Source: a virus
Length of the DNA stretch: 64,000 nucleotides
Direction: 5' to 3' (one strand)
Virus record (IMG/VR): IMGVR_UViG_3300023115_001620
Coordinates: 27,023-91,022 of that record
Part shown: piece by piece, positions 17,457-27,073 of the stretch
Layout of the letters: every line of letters begins with the position of its first letter
Numbering within the stretch: the first letter of the stretch is position 1
Notes under the pieces: generated by a model
What the model was told of the DNA's origin: nothing
Seen by the model: only the letters and a program-made list of their open reading frames with translations
Databases searched by the model: none
Made by a program: the position numbers and the translations under genes

Positions 17457-18362
17457 TTATAGTGTATTTATTTCTTTTAGTATTAATTCTGCTATTAGTT
17501 GATGTCCGTATTTTGTTGGATGATAGCTATATGGGTTAACAATTTTATTTTCTGCTAAAAATTTTATTCTATTTGTATCTTCTTTGTAGGTTGAAGTATG
17601 ATACTCTTTATCTAATTTTTTCATCCCAGCATTTTTACAAAGTATACTGCATATATCTCTAGGACTGCGATTATAAAATAGCATATTATCTATTGTTTTG
17701 TTTTTATCTACACTTACTTCTTTGATAGTGGTTGTAACAGGGTGATCATGATCTTTTTGTCTACGATCTTTTTCAACTGTATATTCGTCTGTGCTGAAAT
17801 TGGCTACAGCAGGGTGCGATTTTTCATAATCATGATGATTAAATGTGTCAAACCAGTAGTTTTTAATACCTAATGCTGCAAAGTAACTGTTAAAAAAATG
17901 CATTTCTTTTGCAAGAGCATGTACTTCATGATCATGATTATAAAAAAATCTCATCCATTGTTTTATAATGTAGTTTTCATTGTTGACTACTTTTTGCCAA
18001 CTGAATTTAGGATTAGGTAGAATTATATTTTTAAGATCCTGTGTTCTGTAGTCATATATTTCTGTTCTAGCAGTAGATGTTATACCCCAAAGTACTATAA
18101 TTTCGTCATACTTTTCTTTTATATTGTTAAATTCGTCACTTGGAAAAAAGTGTTTTGCAAATCTAAATTGTTTTTGATTACTTGTTCCGCCTATACTAAA
18201 ATTTAAAGTGTCTGCACTTAACTCTTTAGCGATAATTTCACGAAAAGTGCCTTCCGGCCTGTCCCATGTATTATAGTATTCTTTTTCTGACATACCTTCA
18301 TAATAGTATGTTCCTACACCCATGGTCCAGCTACAACCAAAGGTAATGAATAGTTTTTTCAT
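17457..18362 (-). CDS. SGNH-like hydrolase/acyltransferase family protein
   Basis: FGCSWTMG, NFSIGGTSN, YHPTKYGHQLIA blocks; AT-rich. Confidence 0.6.
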   Translation of the reverse strand: MKKLFITFGCSWTMGVGTYYYEGMSEKEYYNTWDRPEGTFREIIAKELSADTLNFSIGGTSNQKQFRFAKHFFPSDEFNNIKEKYDEIIVLWGITSTARTEIYDYRTQDLKNIILPNPKFSWQKVVNNENYIIKQWMRFFYNHDHEVHALAKEMHFFNSYFAALGIKNYWFDTFNHHDYEKSHPAVANFSTDEYTVEKDRRQKDHDHPVTTTIKEVSVDKNKTIDNMLFYNRSPRDICSILCKNAGMKKLDKEYHTSTYKEDTNRIKFLAENKIVNPYSYHPTKYGHQLIAELILKEINTL

Positions 18363-18547
18363 TTTTTATTTTTGCTTTTTGATTTTTTCTTTTTGTGACC
18401 TAATACATTAATATCAACGTCTAATGCATTTTTTACAGTACCGTCTGGATTTTTCATTTGACGACTTACTAATCCACCCACAGGTGTAGCAACGCTTGCA
18501 ACAGATCCCGCTGTTGTAGTTTCCTTTACTATTTCGTTCATCTTCAT
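18359..18547 (-). CDS. small basic probable head-internal protein
   Basis: MKMNEIVKE/TTTAGSVA leader, Lys-rich tail. Confidence 0.65.
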   Translation of the reverse strand: MKMNEIVKETTTAGSVASVATPVGGLVSRQMKNPDGTVKNALDVDINVLGHKKKKSKSKNKK

Positions 18548-18714
18548 TTTAAGTATTCCCTGTATGTTTTCCAGTAGTTTTGTCGTTCGTTAGTGCTGGC
18601 TCGCCGGAGTTCGTGTTCTTTTAACTTGGCAACATAATGACTTGTTTCTATGTCGCTAGTGTCTGGGAATAGTTCTATGACTTTTTCTTTCTTCCACTCT
18701 TCATGTTTGCGCAC
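18544..18714 (-). CDS. small hypothetical protein (about 56 aa, GTG/TTG start)
   Basis: Manual translation (V)RKHEEWKKEKVIELFPD...YWKTYREYLK; GAGGA upstream; ATGA coupling downstream. Confidence 0.4.
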   Translation of the reverse strand: MRKHEEWKKEKVIELFPDTSDIETSHYVAKLKEHELRRASTNERQNYWKTYREYLK

Positions 18715-20243
18715 CAATGATACATCCTCGCTTTCTCACCTGAGCTATTCTTGGCTCTCTTTCTTAAACTTGTAACACTACCATTGCAACTAGCACCTGC
18801 ACGTTTTACACGCCCTGGTCTGCTTTTGCCTTTACGCTTACCGTCAGCAAAGTTTTCATTTATTCCAAGTTCATCAACCATTATTTCTAACGCTGAATCT
18901 ACATCATTTAAACCATTTTCTTCTTTTGTTTTCTCATACCAACTTCTTACAAAGTTTGATGCTGAGTGTCCATAAGTATCTGGAGCCATCATCATTTGAT
19001 AAAGAACTTGGTCAGGTGCTTCTCGTTGAGACCTTACAAACTTTCTAAGACTATCTAAGTCTGTACTTTCATTATATGCTACATCTGTTGCTGCTTTTGC
19101 TTTGGTAGCATCAGCAAAGTTTTCTATAATATGTGCTTCTAAATCAATGCCTGTATTTTTCTTAATATCTTTAACAGTATAAGGCCAATCATCTTTTGAA
19201 ACTTTTCTTCCTACTTTTAAAAGTGTGCTTAGAAGTTTAGGATATTTTTTATACAAGTTCATATTAAAAGTAATTTTCACTGCATCATAAAAGTACGGTT
19301 CTAACTCGTTAGTTTCATGAGCCTTTTTTGCAAGACCTATAATTTTTTTATAAGAAGCTATGTCTTCTTTTGTTGCTTTTATTAACCCTTTTTTCTTACC
19401 GTCAGCAAAGTTTTCATCTATGTCTTCGTTTTTCTTACGTCCTGCACAATGAGCTTTTTGACTAAATCCTTTTGGATTAGAACAATTAATACTATCCTTG
19501 TACTTTTTGCTCCAACCTTCGTCTAGCATATCTTCCAATACATCGTCTGCCATATGTACACGAGCATACTCGGCACCTGCAAGACGCAAAGCATCGTACC
19601 TATGATGACCGTTAACTATGCGTCCCTTACGATCAATCTGTATGGGTGCATAATCATCCTTCAATACTCTTTCTAGCTGCTTTATTAATTTTTTGTAAGA
19701 GCGTTCTTTTTGAACTGTTCTTAACTGCACCAGTTTAACTCTGCCTAAAGGACCATAATTTTTTACCTGCGGAGGTGCTTCGCCACCTGTTGGTTCGTCG
19801 TCAAAATGTGCATCTTGATAGCCAGCAGCGCCTTGAACATCATATCCAATACGCTTCAATTGCTTCATTAGATATTTCATTTCTTTCTTGCCTGCATACG
19901 GAGCAATTACAACGTCAGGTTCGTCGTAGTTTGCACCTTTGGGAACTGCTTTGAGATTTGCTAGATTAGTTCCTATTTTGTAGTGATCGTATGCAGTATC
20001 AGATTTTGTTAGAAATGTGTTTGGAGGATTAGGAATCAGTTGTCCTTCTGCTAAACCTAGATTATACAAAACATTTGTACTTTTACCTTTAACTTTTTTA
20101 CTCAAAGTTGGCGGCTTTCCGTCTTTGTCCACTTTGTTTCCAAATTTTGCTGCTTCACGAGATATAGAATTAGTGTCAACATCTGCTGTTGTGTTGACAC
20201 CCTTTACAATTCTACCATCTTCTAATAAATCTCTTATACGCAT
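18675..20243 (-). CDS. modular probable head-internal protein with ParB/Srx-like domain
   Basis: MRIRDLLE leader; PIQIDRKGRIVNGHHRYDAL ParB-like motif; three ENFAD junctions; basic Cys-containing mini-modules. Confidence 0.75.
   Translation of the reverse strand: MRIRDLLEDGRIVKGVNTTADVDTNSISREAAKFGNKVDKDGKPPTLSKKVKGKSTNVLYNLGLAEGQLIPNPPNTFLTKSDTAYDHYKIGTNLANLKAVPKGANYDEPDVVIAPYAGKKEMKYLMKQLKRIGYDVQGAAGYQDAHFDDEPTGGEAPPQVKNYGPLGRVKLVQLRTVQKERSYKKLIKQLERVLKDDYAPIQIDRKGRIVNGHHRYDALRLAGAEYARVHMADDVLEDMLDEGWSKKYKDSINCSNPKGFSQKAHCAGRKKNEDIDENFADGKKKGLIKATKEDIASYKKIIGLAKKAHETNELEPYFYDAVKITFNMNLYKKYPKLLSTLLKVGRKVSKDDWPYTVKDIKKNTGIDLEAHIIENFADATKAKAATDVAYNESTDLDSLRKFVRSQREAPDQVLYQMMMAPDTYGHSASNFVRSWYEKTKEENGLNDVDSALEIMVDELGINENFADGKRKGKSRPGRVKRAGASCNGSVTSLRKRAKNSSGEKARMYHWCANMKSGRKKKS
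18837..19417. repeat. dispersed direct repeat encoding ENFAD(GK)
   Basis: cttaccgtcagcaaagttttcat (23 bp) identical at 18837-18859 and 19395-19417; 14 bp core again at 19111-19124. Confidence 0.85.
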
Positions 20244-20244
20244 T

Positions 20245-20490
20245 TTACCAAATCTTTACTACGTGAAAATCTGCAGGTCTTTGCAACTTTATTTCATTGC
20301 GTTTACCATCCATATCTACAAACACAAAATGTTTAGGCATTGTTTTTATTATTTTTTTGGCTGTATATGTTTGTGTTTTGAATTTTTCTGTTCTTGCACC
20401 ATCCTGATGTACAGTTACTTCATCGGGAATTGTTATGATTAGCTCATATTCTTCTCGTGTTACTCTTTGCCACCAAGTCTTCAAGCTCAT
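20245..20490 (-). CDS. hypothetical protein
   Basis: 81 aa ORF, ATGA-coupled. Confidence 0.7.
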   Translation of the reverse strand: MSLKTWWQRVTREEYELIITIPDEVTVHQDGARTEKFKTQTYTAKKIIKTMPKHFVFVDMDGKRNEIKLQRPADFHVVKIW

Positions 20491-20702
20491 TTTTTCTTAC
20501 GTCCTCTAAAAGTATGTCCTGTCATATAAGGTTTTGAAAACCATAATTCAAACCATTCTTTGTCACCTGGTTTAATATTTTGTTCTTTTTCTTTTTTCTT
20601 TAATTCAGTTGCAGTATGGCTCATATCTTCAAGAGTATACTCTGTGTAACCTTTGTATTCGTTTACACCTGCTAGTTTTTTAATATACTCTAGTTCATCC
20701 AC
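20487..20702 (-). CDS. small probable virion protein
   Basis: MDELEYIKKLAGVNE leader. Confidence 0.65.
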   Translation of the reverse strand: MDELEYIKKLAGVNEYKGYTEYTLEDMSHTATELKKKEKEQNIKPGDKEWFELWFSKPYMTGHTFRGRKKK

Positions 20703-22060
20703 GATAGATCACCTTGTTCTAAAGATTCTGCATACTTAGCAGCAAACTTCTCGCCGTGCTTTTCTATCCATTTTTTAAGTACAACTGCACCTAAGATAAG
20801 TGTTACAGCCATTGCAATAGTAAACTTGTTGTCGATAAGCATTTGTGTTGCTTCTTCGCCAATTTTATCTGTAACCCATTCCCATCCTTCACTTATGGCA
20901 ATTGCTGCTGCGCTACCACCTATGATATATTTTGCAAATTTCTTTAACAACCATTTTAATACAGGCCACGCACCTCTTACAGCAATCCAACGAAGTATCC
21001 ACATAACTGCTGCACCCACTGCTGGTGCAATTTCATCTAGTTGTTGTTCTTCTTTGACGTATTTTTCTTTTTTCTTTTCTTCGCCTTTGGTAAGTTCACG
21101 TTCTATTGTAGATAATGCCTCTTGTATATCCTCTTTGGAAACAACAAATCGTTTTCCTTTAGATGTTATTTGTTTACCAGCAATATATTTTAATAAAGCA
21201 GAAAGGTTTTCAACACTATCCTCTCTGTTTACGTAATCTTGGATCTGATCTTTGATATATTTTACCAAAGCCTGTTTGTCTAAAACTAAATCTGCTTCTG
21301 CTGTTACTAATTCTTTTTTAGACTTCCATGCATCCTTGTCGCCTTTTGCAGCAGCTTTTCTTCTCGCTGCTATTCTATCTCTGATGCTACTTGGTTCGTC
21401 GAATTTTTCTTTTTTCTTTTTAATTGTAGCTCTTTTAGCTCTACTTGGAATACCAAAAGCCATTATTTCTTCTACAGGCTCAGTAATACCCATGCCTTTG
21501 CGTACAGCATCAAACATAGTTTTGGCTAGTTTAGGATTTGGTACGCCTTTTGCAAATGCTTCTATGTCCCCTGAAGCTGCTGCTACACGCATTTTGCTTG
21601 CACTCATACCGCTTACATCATCTGCATCTGGATCACGTTCTCCTGCACTTGCTACTTTGATTGAATTAAATTTAAACGGAACTTTTCCTGATTTGTCTGG
21701 TTGACCGTTGTATGTATTGAACAGTTTTTGGAAACCATCTACACGATCTGAACCTGCAATAAAAATTACATCAGTGTAACCTAAACTTTGTAGCATTTCT
21801 AATGCTTGAACTGGTGTACGTACACTTTGATGTCCTATGTTTATTCCAGGAAAAAATTGTTTTGCGAACTTTAGTTTTGTTGGAAAGTCTAAAGGATCTG
21901 TTTTAGGTTTTTGGCTTTGAGATAAGAAAAGATAGTGGTCTCCTTCAAAAGACTCTATTGTACTAACTAACTTTGCATGACCTACAGTGGGAGGATTCAG
22001 CCTACCAAAAGCTAGAACTGCTGTTTTTTTCGTTTCTTCAAACAGTTCCCGTAGTAGCAT
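20690..22060 (-). CDS. HIGH-superfamily nucleotidyltransferase fused to basic and membrane-helix modules
   Basis: AFGRLNPPTVGH, AGSDR, MSASKMR; MLLRELFE leader; hydrophobic C-terminal module. Confidence 0.8.
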   Translation of the reverse strand: MLLRELFEETKKTAVLAFGRLNPPTVGHAKLVSTIESFEGDHYLFLSQSQKPKTDPLDFPTKLKFAKQFFPGINIGHQSVRTPVQALEMLQSLGYTDVIFIAGSDRVDGFQKLFNTYNGQPDKSGKVPFKFNSIKVASAGERDPDADDVSGMSASKMRVAAASGDIEAFAKGVPNPKLAKTMFDAVRKGMGITEPVEEIMAFGIPSRAKRATIKKKKEKFDEPSSIRDRIAARRKAAAKGDKDAWKSKKELVTAEADLVLDKQALVKYIKDQIQDYVNREDSVENLSALLKYIAGKQITSKGKRFVVSKEDIQEALSTIERELTKGEEKKKEKYVKEEQQLDEIAPAVGAAVMWILRWIAVRGAWPVLKWLLKKFAKYIIGGSAAAIAISEGWEWVTDKIGEEATQMLIDNKFTIAMAVTLILGAVVLKKWIEKHGEKFAAKYAESLEQGDLSWMN

Positions 22061-22392
22061 TAGTATGCTCCGTCTTTGATTTGTTTCATCTCTTCAGAAA
22101 ACAATTTTTTGACTAAAGCTTCTTTATCTTCATCCTTAAATATATTTTCAGATCTGCCAAGCTTGTATTCTTTGCAATACGATTCAATACCCCTATTGAC
22201 ACAGTCACCCATGCATTTTGATGCATTTACCTTTTGGTTTTTCTTATACATTTCCTGCATTTTTATTACAGCAGGAAAGAAATGTTTTCTATAAAACATA
22301 GGATCATTGCGCATATAGATAGCACAGTCGTCTACAGGACTGAAAGGCATTTTCTTATCAACTGCTTTTGCAAATTCTACAAGTTTTACCAT
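22060..22392 (-). CDS. phage hypothetical protein
   Basis: ORF track 22060..22407; ATG at 22392 is the likelier start. Confidence 0.7.
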   Translation of the reverse strand: MVKLVEFAKAVDKKMPFSPVDDCAIYMRNDPMFYRKHFFPAVIKMQEMYKKNQKVNASKCMGDCVNRGIESYCKEYKLGRSENIFKDEDKEALVKKLFSEEMKQIKDGAY

Positions 22393-22949
22393 TTGCGGCA
22401 ACTCCAATATCTTGCCTTTGTTCTTGGACCTGGGTTATCGCAGTTGTGTCTTGCACGGAATGAACGTCTACGTGCCGGGTTTGATTTTTTAATCTTCATG
22501 TTAGGATCACCAAAGTTAACTTTTTTAACATTCTTAGTCTTTGGGTCTTTAACATATACTTTAAACTTTTTAACATCGCCACGCATAGGCTTGCCTAGTG
22601 GAACTTTACGGCCTTGGTATTCTGCTTCATCGATTTCATCTTCGTTAAACCACATTACACCGTACTCTAAGAAAAAGTCATCACCGTCGTAAGTTTCCTC
22701 TACAATGTCTTCCCCTAAATCTGTTGAAATTTCAATATCAAAGTCATCATAACCTTGTTCAAACATATAATTTGCTAAACGATTTGCGTATTCGTCTGCT
22801 TCTTCTTCATCTAATTGGCGGGGGAGTGCTATTTCGTATACTGTAGCACCTTGCTCAGTTTCGTAAATTTCTTGTTCTGCAAAGATGCTTTCGTCTAATA
22901 GTTGCGCACCTTCTTGTTTTTCCATTACTACTCTTACAAAATGTTCCAT
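22386..22949 (-). CDS. bipartite protein: acidic N-half, basic C-module after IDE/AEYQGRKV
   Basis: Sharp charge switch at EIDE; C-module ends SFRARHNC...ARYWSCRKW. Confidence 0.75.
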   Translation of the reverse strand: MEHFVRVVMEKQEGAQLLDESIFAEQEIYETEQGATVYEIALPRQLDEEEADEYANRLANYMFEQGYDDFDIEISTDLGEDIVEETYDGDDFFLEYGVMWFNEDEIDEAEYQGRKVPLGKPMRGDVKKFKVYVKDPKTKNVKKVNFGDPNMKIKKSNPARRRSFRARHNCDNPGPRTKARYWSCRKW

Positions 22950-22958
22950 GATTTTACC

Positions 22959-23303
22959 TTAATGATTCAAAACAACACTATCTAAGGTGCCGTCTGTCCA
23001 ATTCATAATCTTTGCTCTAAGCCAAACATAATTGCCTGTTACACTTTTAATTTGACTATCTGTCTCTTGTTCAGCAACAAGTGATAATACAGAAAACCAA
23101 TCAGCGCCAGTTGGGTCAATCGCCAACGTTGCTTCTATAACTAATGTTCCGGTAAAGCCTGTATAACTATATTGAAGAGTATGTAGACCATCAGAGCGTC
23201 CATAATAGCCGTCTCCTTTGTATTTCTCTCCTGTGACACTTTCAATTGTGCTATCACCTGGATGAGTGTTGGTTGTTAAAATTGTTTCACTAGTTGCTGC
23301 CAT
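22959..23303 (-). CDS. small beta-rich probable virion protein
   Basis: Late-like GATAAATA 5 nt before ATG. Confidence 0.65.
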   Translation of the reverse strand: MAATSETILTTNTHPGDSTIESVTGEKYKGDGYYGRSDGLHTLQYSYTGFTGTLVIEATLAIDPTGADWFSVLSLVAEQETDSQIKSVTGNYVWLRAKIMNWTDGTLDSVVLNH

Positions 23304-23304
23304 A

Positions 23305-23961
23305 CTAATATTTATCTAATTCTTGTTTCCAAACCAGTTTTTCAATTTTACGTATATTGTCACCGCATATCAATGTAACTAATTGTAAAACTTTTTCATC
23401 TCTTACATAGAAATAGAGTCCATTTGCATAGCCAGAATTCAATAATGTTTCTAATGCAATTTTACCAACTTTGCTTTTATCTTTATTGTTTTCTAACCAC
23501 ATGCCTAGTTCTTTAGATGCTTTTTTTCTGCCCAAAATACATCGAATAGAATATTTTGGCTTGTTACTAACAATAACAGTATGATCATTGCTTAACAAAA
23601 ATTCTTTATCTTGCACACGAGGCTCAAAAAATTCTACATCTTTAGTTCTAAGCTTTCCGCCTAAACTAGTTAATAGGTTTTTGTTGTTAGAATATAGTAT
23701 TAAACTATGACATGCACCTACTCTTACTAATACTTGGTCAGTGTTGGCTTTTAAATGATTGTAAATATCATTTGCATCAAAGAAATCGTTATTTGTAACC
23801 GGCAAATCAGTACGAAACAGAGTACGTTTTAAGGGTATACCGTTTTCATAGTCTGCATAAAGTCGATCTAAATGAGAACGTGCATGACTTAAATCCCCTT
23901 TTTTCTGTAATTCTGTGCGAAAAATAGAGTTAAGGGAATTATGCAGTACAAGTTTGTACAA
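23305..23961 (-). CDS. hypothetical protein
   Basis: 218 aa ORF; start uncertain because the frame is open further upstream. Confidence 0.7.
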   Translation of the reverse strand: MYKLVLHNSLNSIFRTELQKKGDLSHARSHLDRLYADYENGIPLKRTLFRTDLPVTNNDFFDANDIYNHLKANTDQVLVRVGACHSLILYSNNKNLLTSLGGKLRTKDVEFFEPRVQDKEFLLSNDHTVIVSNKPKYSIRCILGRKKASKELGMWLENNKDKSKVGKIALETLLNSGYANGLYFYVRDEKVLQLVTLICGDNIRKIEKLVWKQELDKY

Positions 23962-23989
23962 ATACTTTCCATAGTGAAGCTTATTTGAT

Positions 23990-26242
23990 TCACGCTGTTT
24001 CAGCTTCTTTCTCCTCTACAGAACTTGTACGGAGTGTAATTTTATCATCGTAATCAATTGTTAATTTACCACCATTTTGTAAGTCACCAAAAAGTATTTG
24101 TCTACTTAAAGGACGTTTAATTTCTTTATCAATTACACGCTGTAAAGGACGGGCGCCATTTTTTGGATCAAAGCCTTTGTCTACTAAGTAATCAAGTGCT
24201 TCGTCAGTTATTTTAATTTCAATATTTTTGTCTGACACCATGTTCTTTAGTTCTACTAGGAACTTGCCAACAATTTTCATCATAACTTCTTTGCCCAACT
24301 TAGCAAATGTTATAATACCGTCTAGTCGATTTCTAAATTCAGGAGCAAAAAACCTCTTAATTTCAGTATCTTCATAATCATAATCACTTTGGCTTTCAAA
24401 ACCTATAGAATTTTTCTCTGCTTGAGCAGCACCTAGGTTAGTTGTAAGGATAAGTGTACAGTTGCGAGCATCTGCTTCTTTACCGTTTGATCCTGTGACT
24501 TTTCCGTTATCCATTACTTGTAACAAAATTTGAGATACATCTGGGTGTGCTTTTTCTATCTCGTCTAATAATAAAACACAGTTAGGATATTCTTGTAATT
24601 TTGTAATTAATTGGCCTGCATTGTCTTCGTGACCAACGTAACCCGGAGGTGAACCAATTAGTTTAGCAACTGAATGTTTCTCCATGTATTCACTCATGTC
24701 AAAGCGCACAAGTTGTACACCAAGATTTTTAGCAAGTTGTTTTGCTGTTTCTGTTTTACCTGTACCTGTTGGACCCATAAACACAAATGCGCCAATTGGC
24801 TTATCGTCTGGTTTTAAACCTGCTTGGCTTACAAGAATTTTATCAACAATACCTTCAATTGCTTCATCTTGACCATAGACAACTTTCTTAAGATTGTCTT
24901 CTAGATTTTTTAAATTTTCTGTTTCACGTTGTGCAACCTGTTCTTCAGGAAGATTCAACATTTTAGATAGCTCATATTGAATGTTTTCTTCTGTAACAAC
25001 TTTGTTTTCAGTTTGATCATTTACTTTAAAACGTGAACAAGCTACATCTATTAAATCAATTGCCTTATCAGGTAATTTTTTATCAGTTTGATATTTTACA
25101 CTTAACTTTACTGCTGCTTCTATAGCAGAATCTGTAATAGTTGTTGCATGATAATCTTCATAATACTTTTTGATACCTTGTAAGATATCTTTTGTGGTTT
25201 CTGAACTTGGCTCACTGATAACAACACGTTGGAATCTGCGCATTAATGCACGATCCTTTTCAAAATACTTGCGATATTCTTCCCAAGTAGTGGATGCAAC
25301 AACTTTTAAGTCACCTTTTGTTAATGCAGGCTTCAACATGTTAGCAAGGTCGTTGGAACTGCCACTACCGGCAGCGCCAGCACCGTTCATCATATGTGCT
25401 TCATCAACAAACATGATTGTTTTACCTTGTTTTGTAAGTGCCTGTAGTACAAGTTTAAACCGTTCTTCAAAATCACCGCGATACTTTGAACCTGCAAGCA
25501 TACTGCCAATATCAAGATTATAAACTTTGTACTCTTTTAAGAACTCCGGTACATTGTCATTGACAATGTTAAATGCAAGTCCTTCTGCAATAGCAGTTTT
25601 ACCTACACCAGGGTCGCCTACCATTAGTACATTGTTTTTGCTTCTACGTCCAAGTGCAAGAGCAAGGCTTTCTAATTCTTCTGAGCGTCCAATAATAGGA
25701 TCAACTTTGCCTTTTTTCACTTCAGCGTTCAAATCTGTTGTAAAGTTTTTAAGGGCTCTACGTGCTTCGCTCGGCAATTCTTCGTCTTCTAATTCATCCA
25801 TAGTTTCGTCGACAAATGCGCTTAAACTTGCTTTATCAATGCCGCCTTTGTTCAGATAGAACACACTTACACATTTTTTCTCGTGTAAAACACTTAACAC
25901 GACATCTGTAAGTTCAATAGTAGTCCTACCTGCAAACAAAACTTGGGTAAAGCCTCTGTTTAACACTCTTTCAACTGTAGAAGTTTTCTTAGGTTTATAC
26001 TTTACCATATCTGTTTTAATATCGTCTAGTTCATTCTTGAGATAATGCTCAAGATTAGACTTGATATACTGAATATCAGCTCCAAAAGTTTCTAATAATT
26101 TACAGAAATTTTCGCTACAAAAAATTGCATACACAAGATGTTCTACAGTCACGTATTCATGCTGTAATTTTTTTGCATCTTTAACTGCTTTATCAAATAT
26201 TGCTTGTAGCTCTTTACTTGGTTCTACCATAGATATATACAC
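23990..26242 (-). CDS. clpA: ATP-dependent Clp protease ATPase subunit (ClpA-type)
   Basis: Clp-N domain, two AAA+ modules (GDPGVGKT, GPTGTGKT), no long M-domain, IGF ClpP-docking loop, GARPL. Confidence 0.92.
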   Translation of the reverse strand: MYISMVEPSKELQAIFDKAVKDAKKLQHEYVTVEHLVYAIFCSENFCKLLETFGADIQYIKSNLEHYLKNELDDIKTDMVKYKPKKTSTVERVLNRGFTQVLFAGRTTIELTDVVLSVLHEKKCVSVFYLNKGGIDKASLSAFVDETMDELEDEELPSEARRALKNFTTDLNAEVKKGKVDPIIGRSEELESLALALGRRSKNNVLMVGDPGVGKTAIAEGLAFNIVNDNVPEFLKEYKVYNLDIGSMLAGSKYRGDFEERFKLVLQALTKQGKTIMFVDEAHMMNGAGAAGSGSSNDLANMLKPALTKGDLKVVASTTWEEYRKYFEKDRALMRRFQRVVISEPSSETTKDILQGIKKYYEDYHATTITDSAIEAAVKLSVKYQTDKKLPDKAIDLIDVACSRFKVNDQTENKVVTEENIQYELSKMLNLPEEQVAQRETENLKNLEDNLKKVVYGQDEAIEGIVDKILVSQAGLKPDDKPIGAFVFMGPTGTGKTETAKQLAKNLGVQLVRFDMSEYMEKHSVAKLIGSPPGYVGHEDNAGQLITKLQEYPNCVLLLDEIEKAHPDVSQILLQVMDNGKVTGSNGKEADARNCTLILTTNLGAAQAEKNSIGFESQSDYDYEDTEIKRFFAPEFRNRLDGIITFAKLGKEVMMKIVGKFLVELKNMVSDKNIEIKITDEALDYLVDKGFDPKNGARPLQRVIDKEIKRPLSRQILFGDLQNGGKLTIDYDDKITLRTSSVEEKEAETA

Positions 26243-26248
26243 CTTTTA

Positions 26249-27073
26249 TTATTTGTAAATCTTCTTTTTAAGATCTTCTATTTCTCTTAAAATACTTTCG
26301 TCTTCTATATTTGGTATACTTGCATCAATTTCCACATACAAATTACCTCTTTTGCCTGTATTAATGTTTGGAATACCGTATCCTGGTATGTTGAAAACTT
26401 GTCCTGATTTTGTGCCTTTTGGAATTTTTAATCTAACTTGCTTACCGTCTAATGTATTCATTATTATAACACAACCTAGCAATAAGTCAAATACATTTGT
26501 TACCTTTTTGGTAATTAAATTGTCATTATCTCTTTCCCAGTTATGTTGTTTTTTAACTCTAATTTTTACATGCAAATCGCCTCTTGGATATTGATGATAT
26601 CCGTCGTCTCCTAATCCCTGATATCTAACTGTATCTCCGTTTTTTGCCCCAGGAGGTATACTTACTGTTACTGTTTCTAGTTTACCTGTTCTAGTTTGGT
26701 ATTGAATGATTGCATCTTTTCCTTTTAAAACATCTTGCAAACTTATTTCTGCTTTTACATGTATATCACTATTTCTAGGAGTCTTAACATTTGCAAACCC
26801 CTGGCCAAATATATGATCAAAGGGTGTTCCTGCAAAAGGGTTACCTCCATTTCTAAATTGATTTGCGTTAAATTGGAAGTCTGGACCAGGATTGTCGTAG
26901 GCAGAACGTTTATCCGAGTTACTTAGTATTTCGTATGCTTCTGTAACACGTTTAAATTCTTCTTGGTTGCCTCCTCTGTCAGGATGATGTTGCATTGCCT
27001 TACGTTTGAAGGCTTTTTTTATTTCATCCTGCGAAGCAGTCCTTTGAACACCTAAAATAGAATAATAGTCCAT
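26249..27073 (-). CDS. dnaJ: class B J-domain chaperone (DnaJ/CbpA-like, no Zn finger)
   Basis: MDYYSILG, HPD, G/F linker, GDLHV and GNLYV C-terminal domains. Confidence 0.9.
   Translation of the reverse strand: MDYYSILGVQRTASQDEIKKAFKRKAMQHHPDRGGNQEEFKRVTEAYEILSNSDKRSAYDNPGPDFQFNANQFRNGGNPFAGTPFDHIFGQGFANVKTPRNSDIHVKAEISLQDVLKGKDAIIQYQTRTGKLETVTVSIPPGAKNGDTVRYQGLGDDGYHQYPRGDLHVKIRVKKQHNWERDNDNLITKKVTNVFDLLLGCVIIMNTLDGKQVRLKIPKGTKSGQVFNIPGYGIPNINTGKRGNLYVEIDASIPNIEDESILREIEDLKKKIYK

Noticed and set aside
17447-17460. Perfect 14 bp palindrome ataatacgtattat downstream of a late-like promoter
   Set aside because: Single AT-rich occurrence with no second copy noticed; may be chance.
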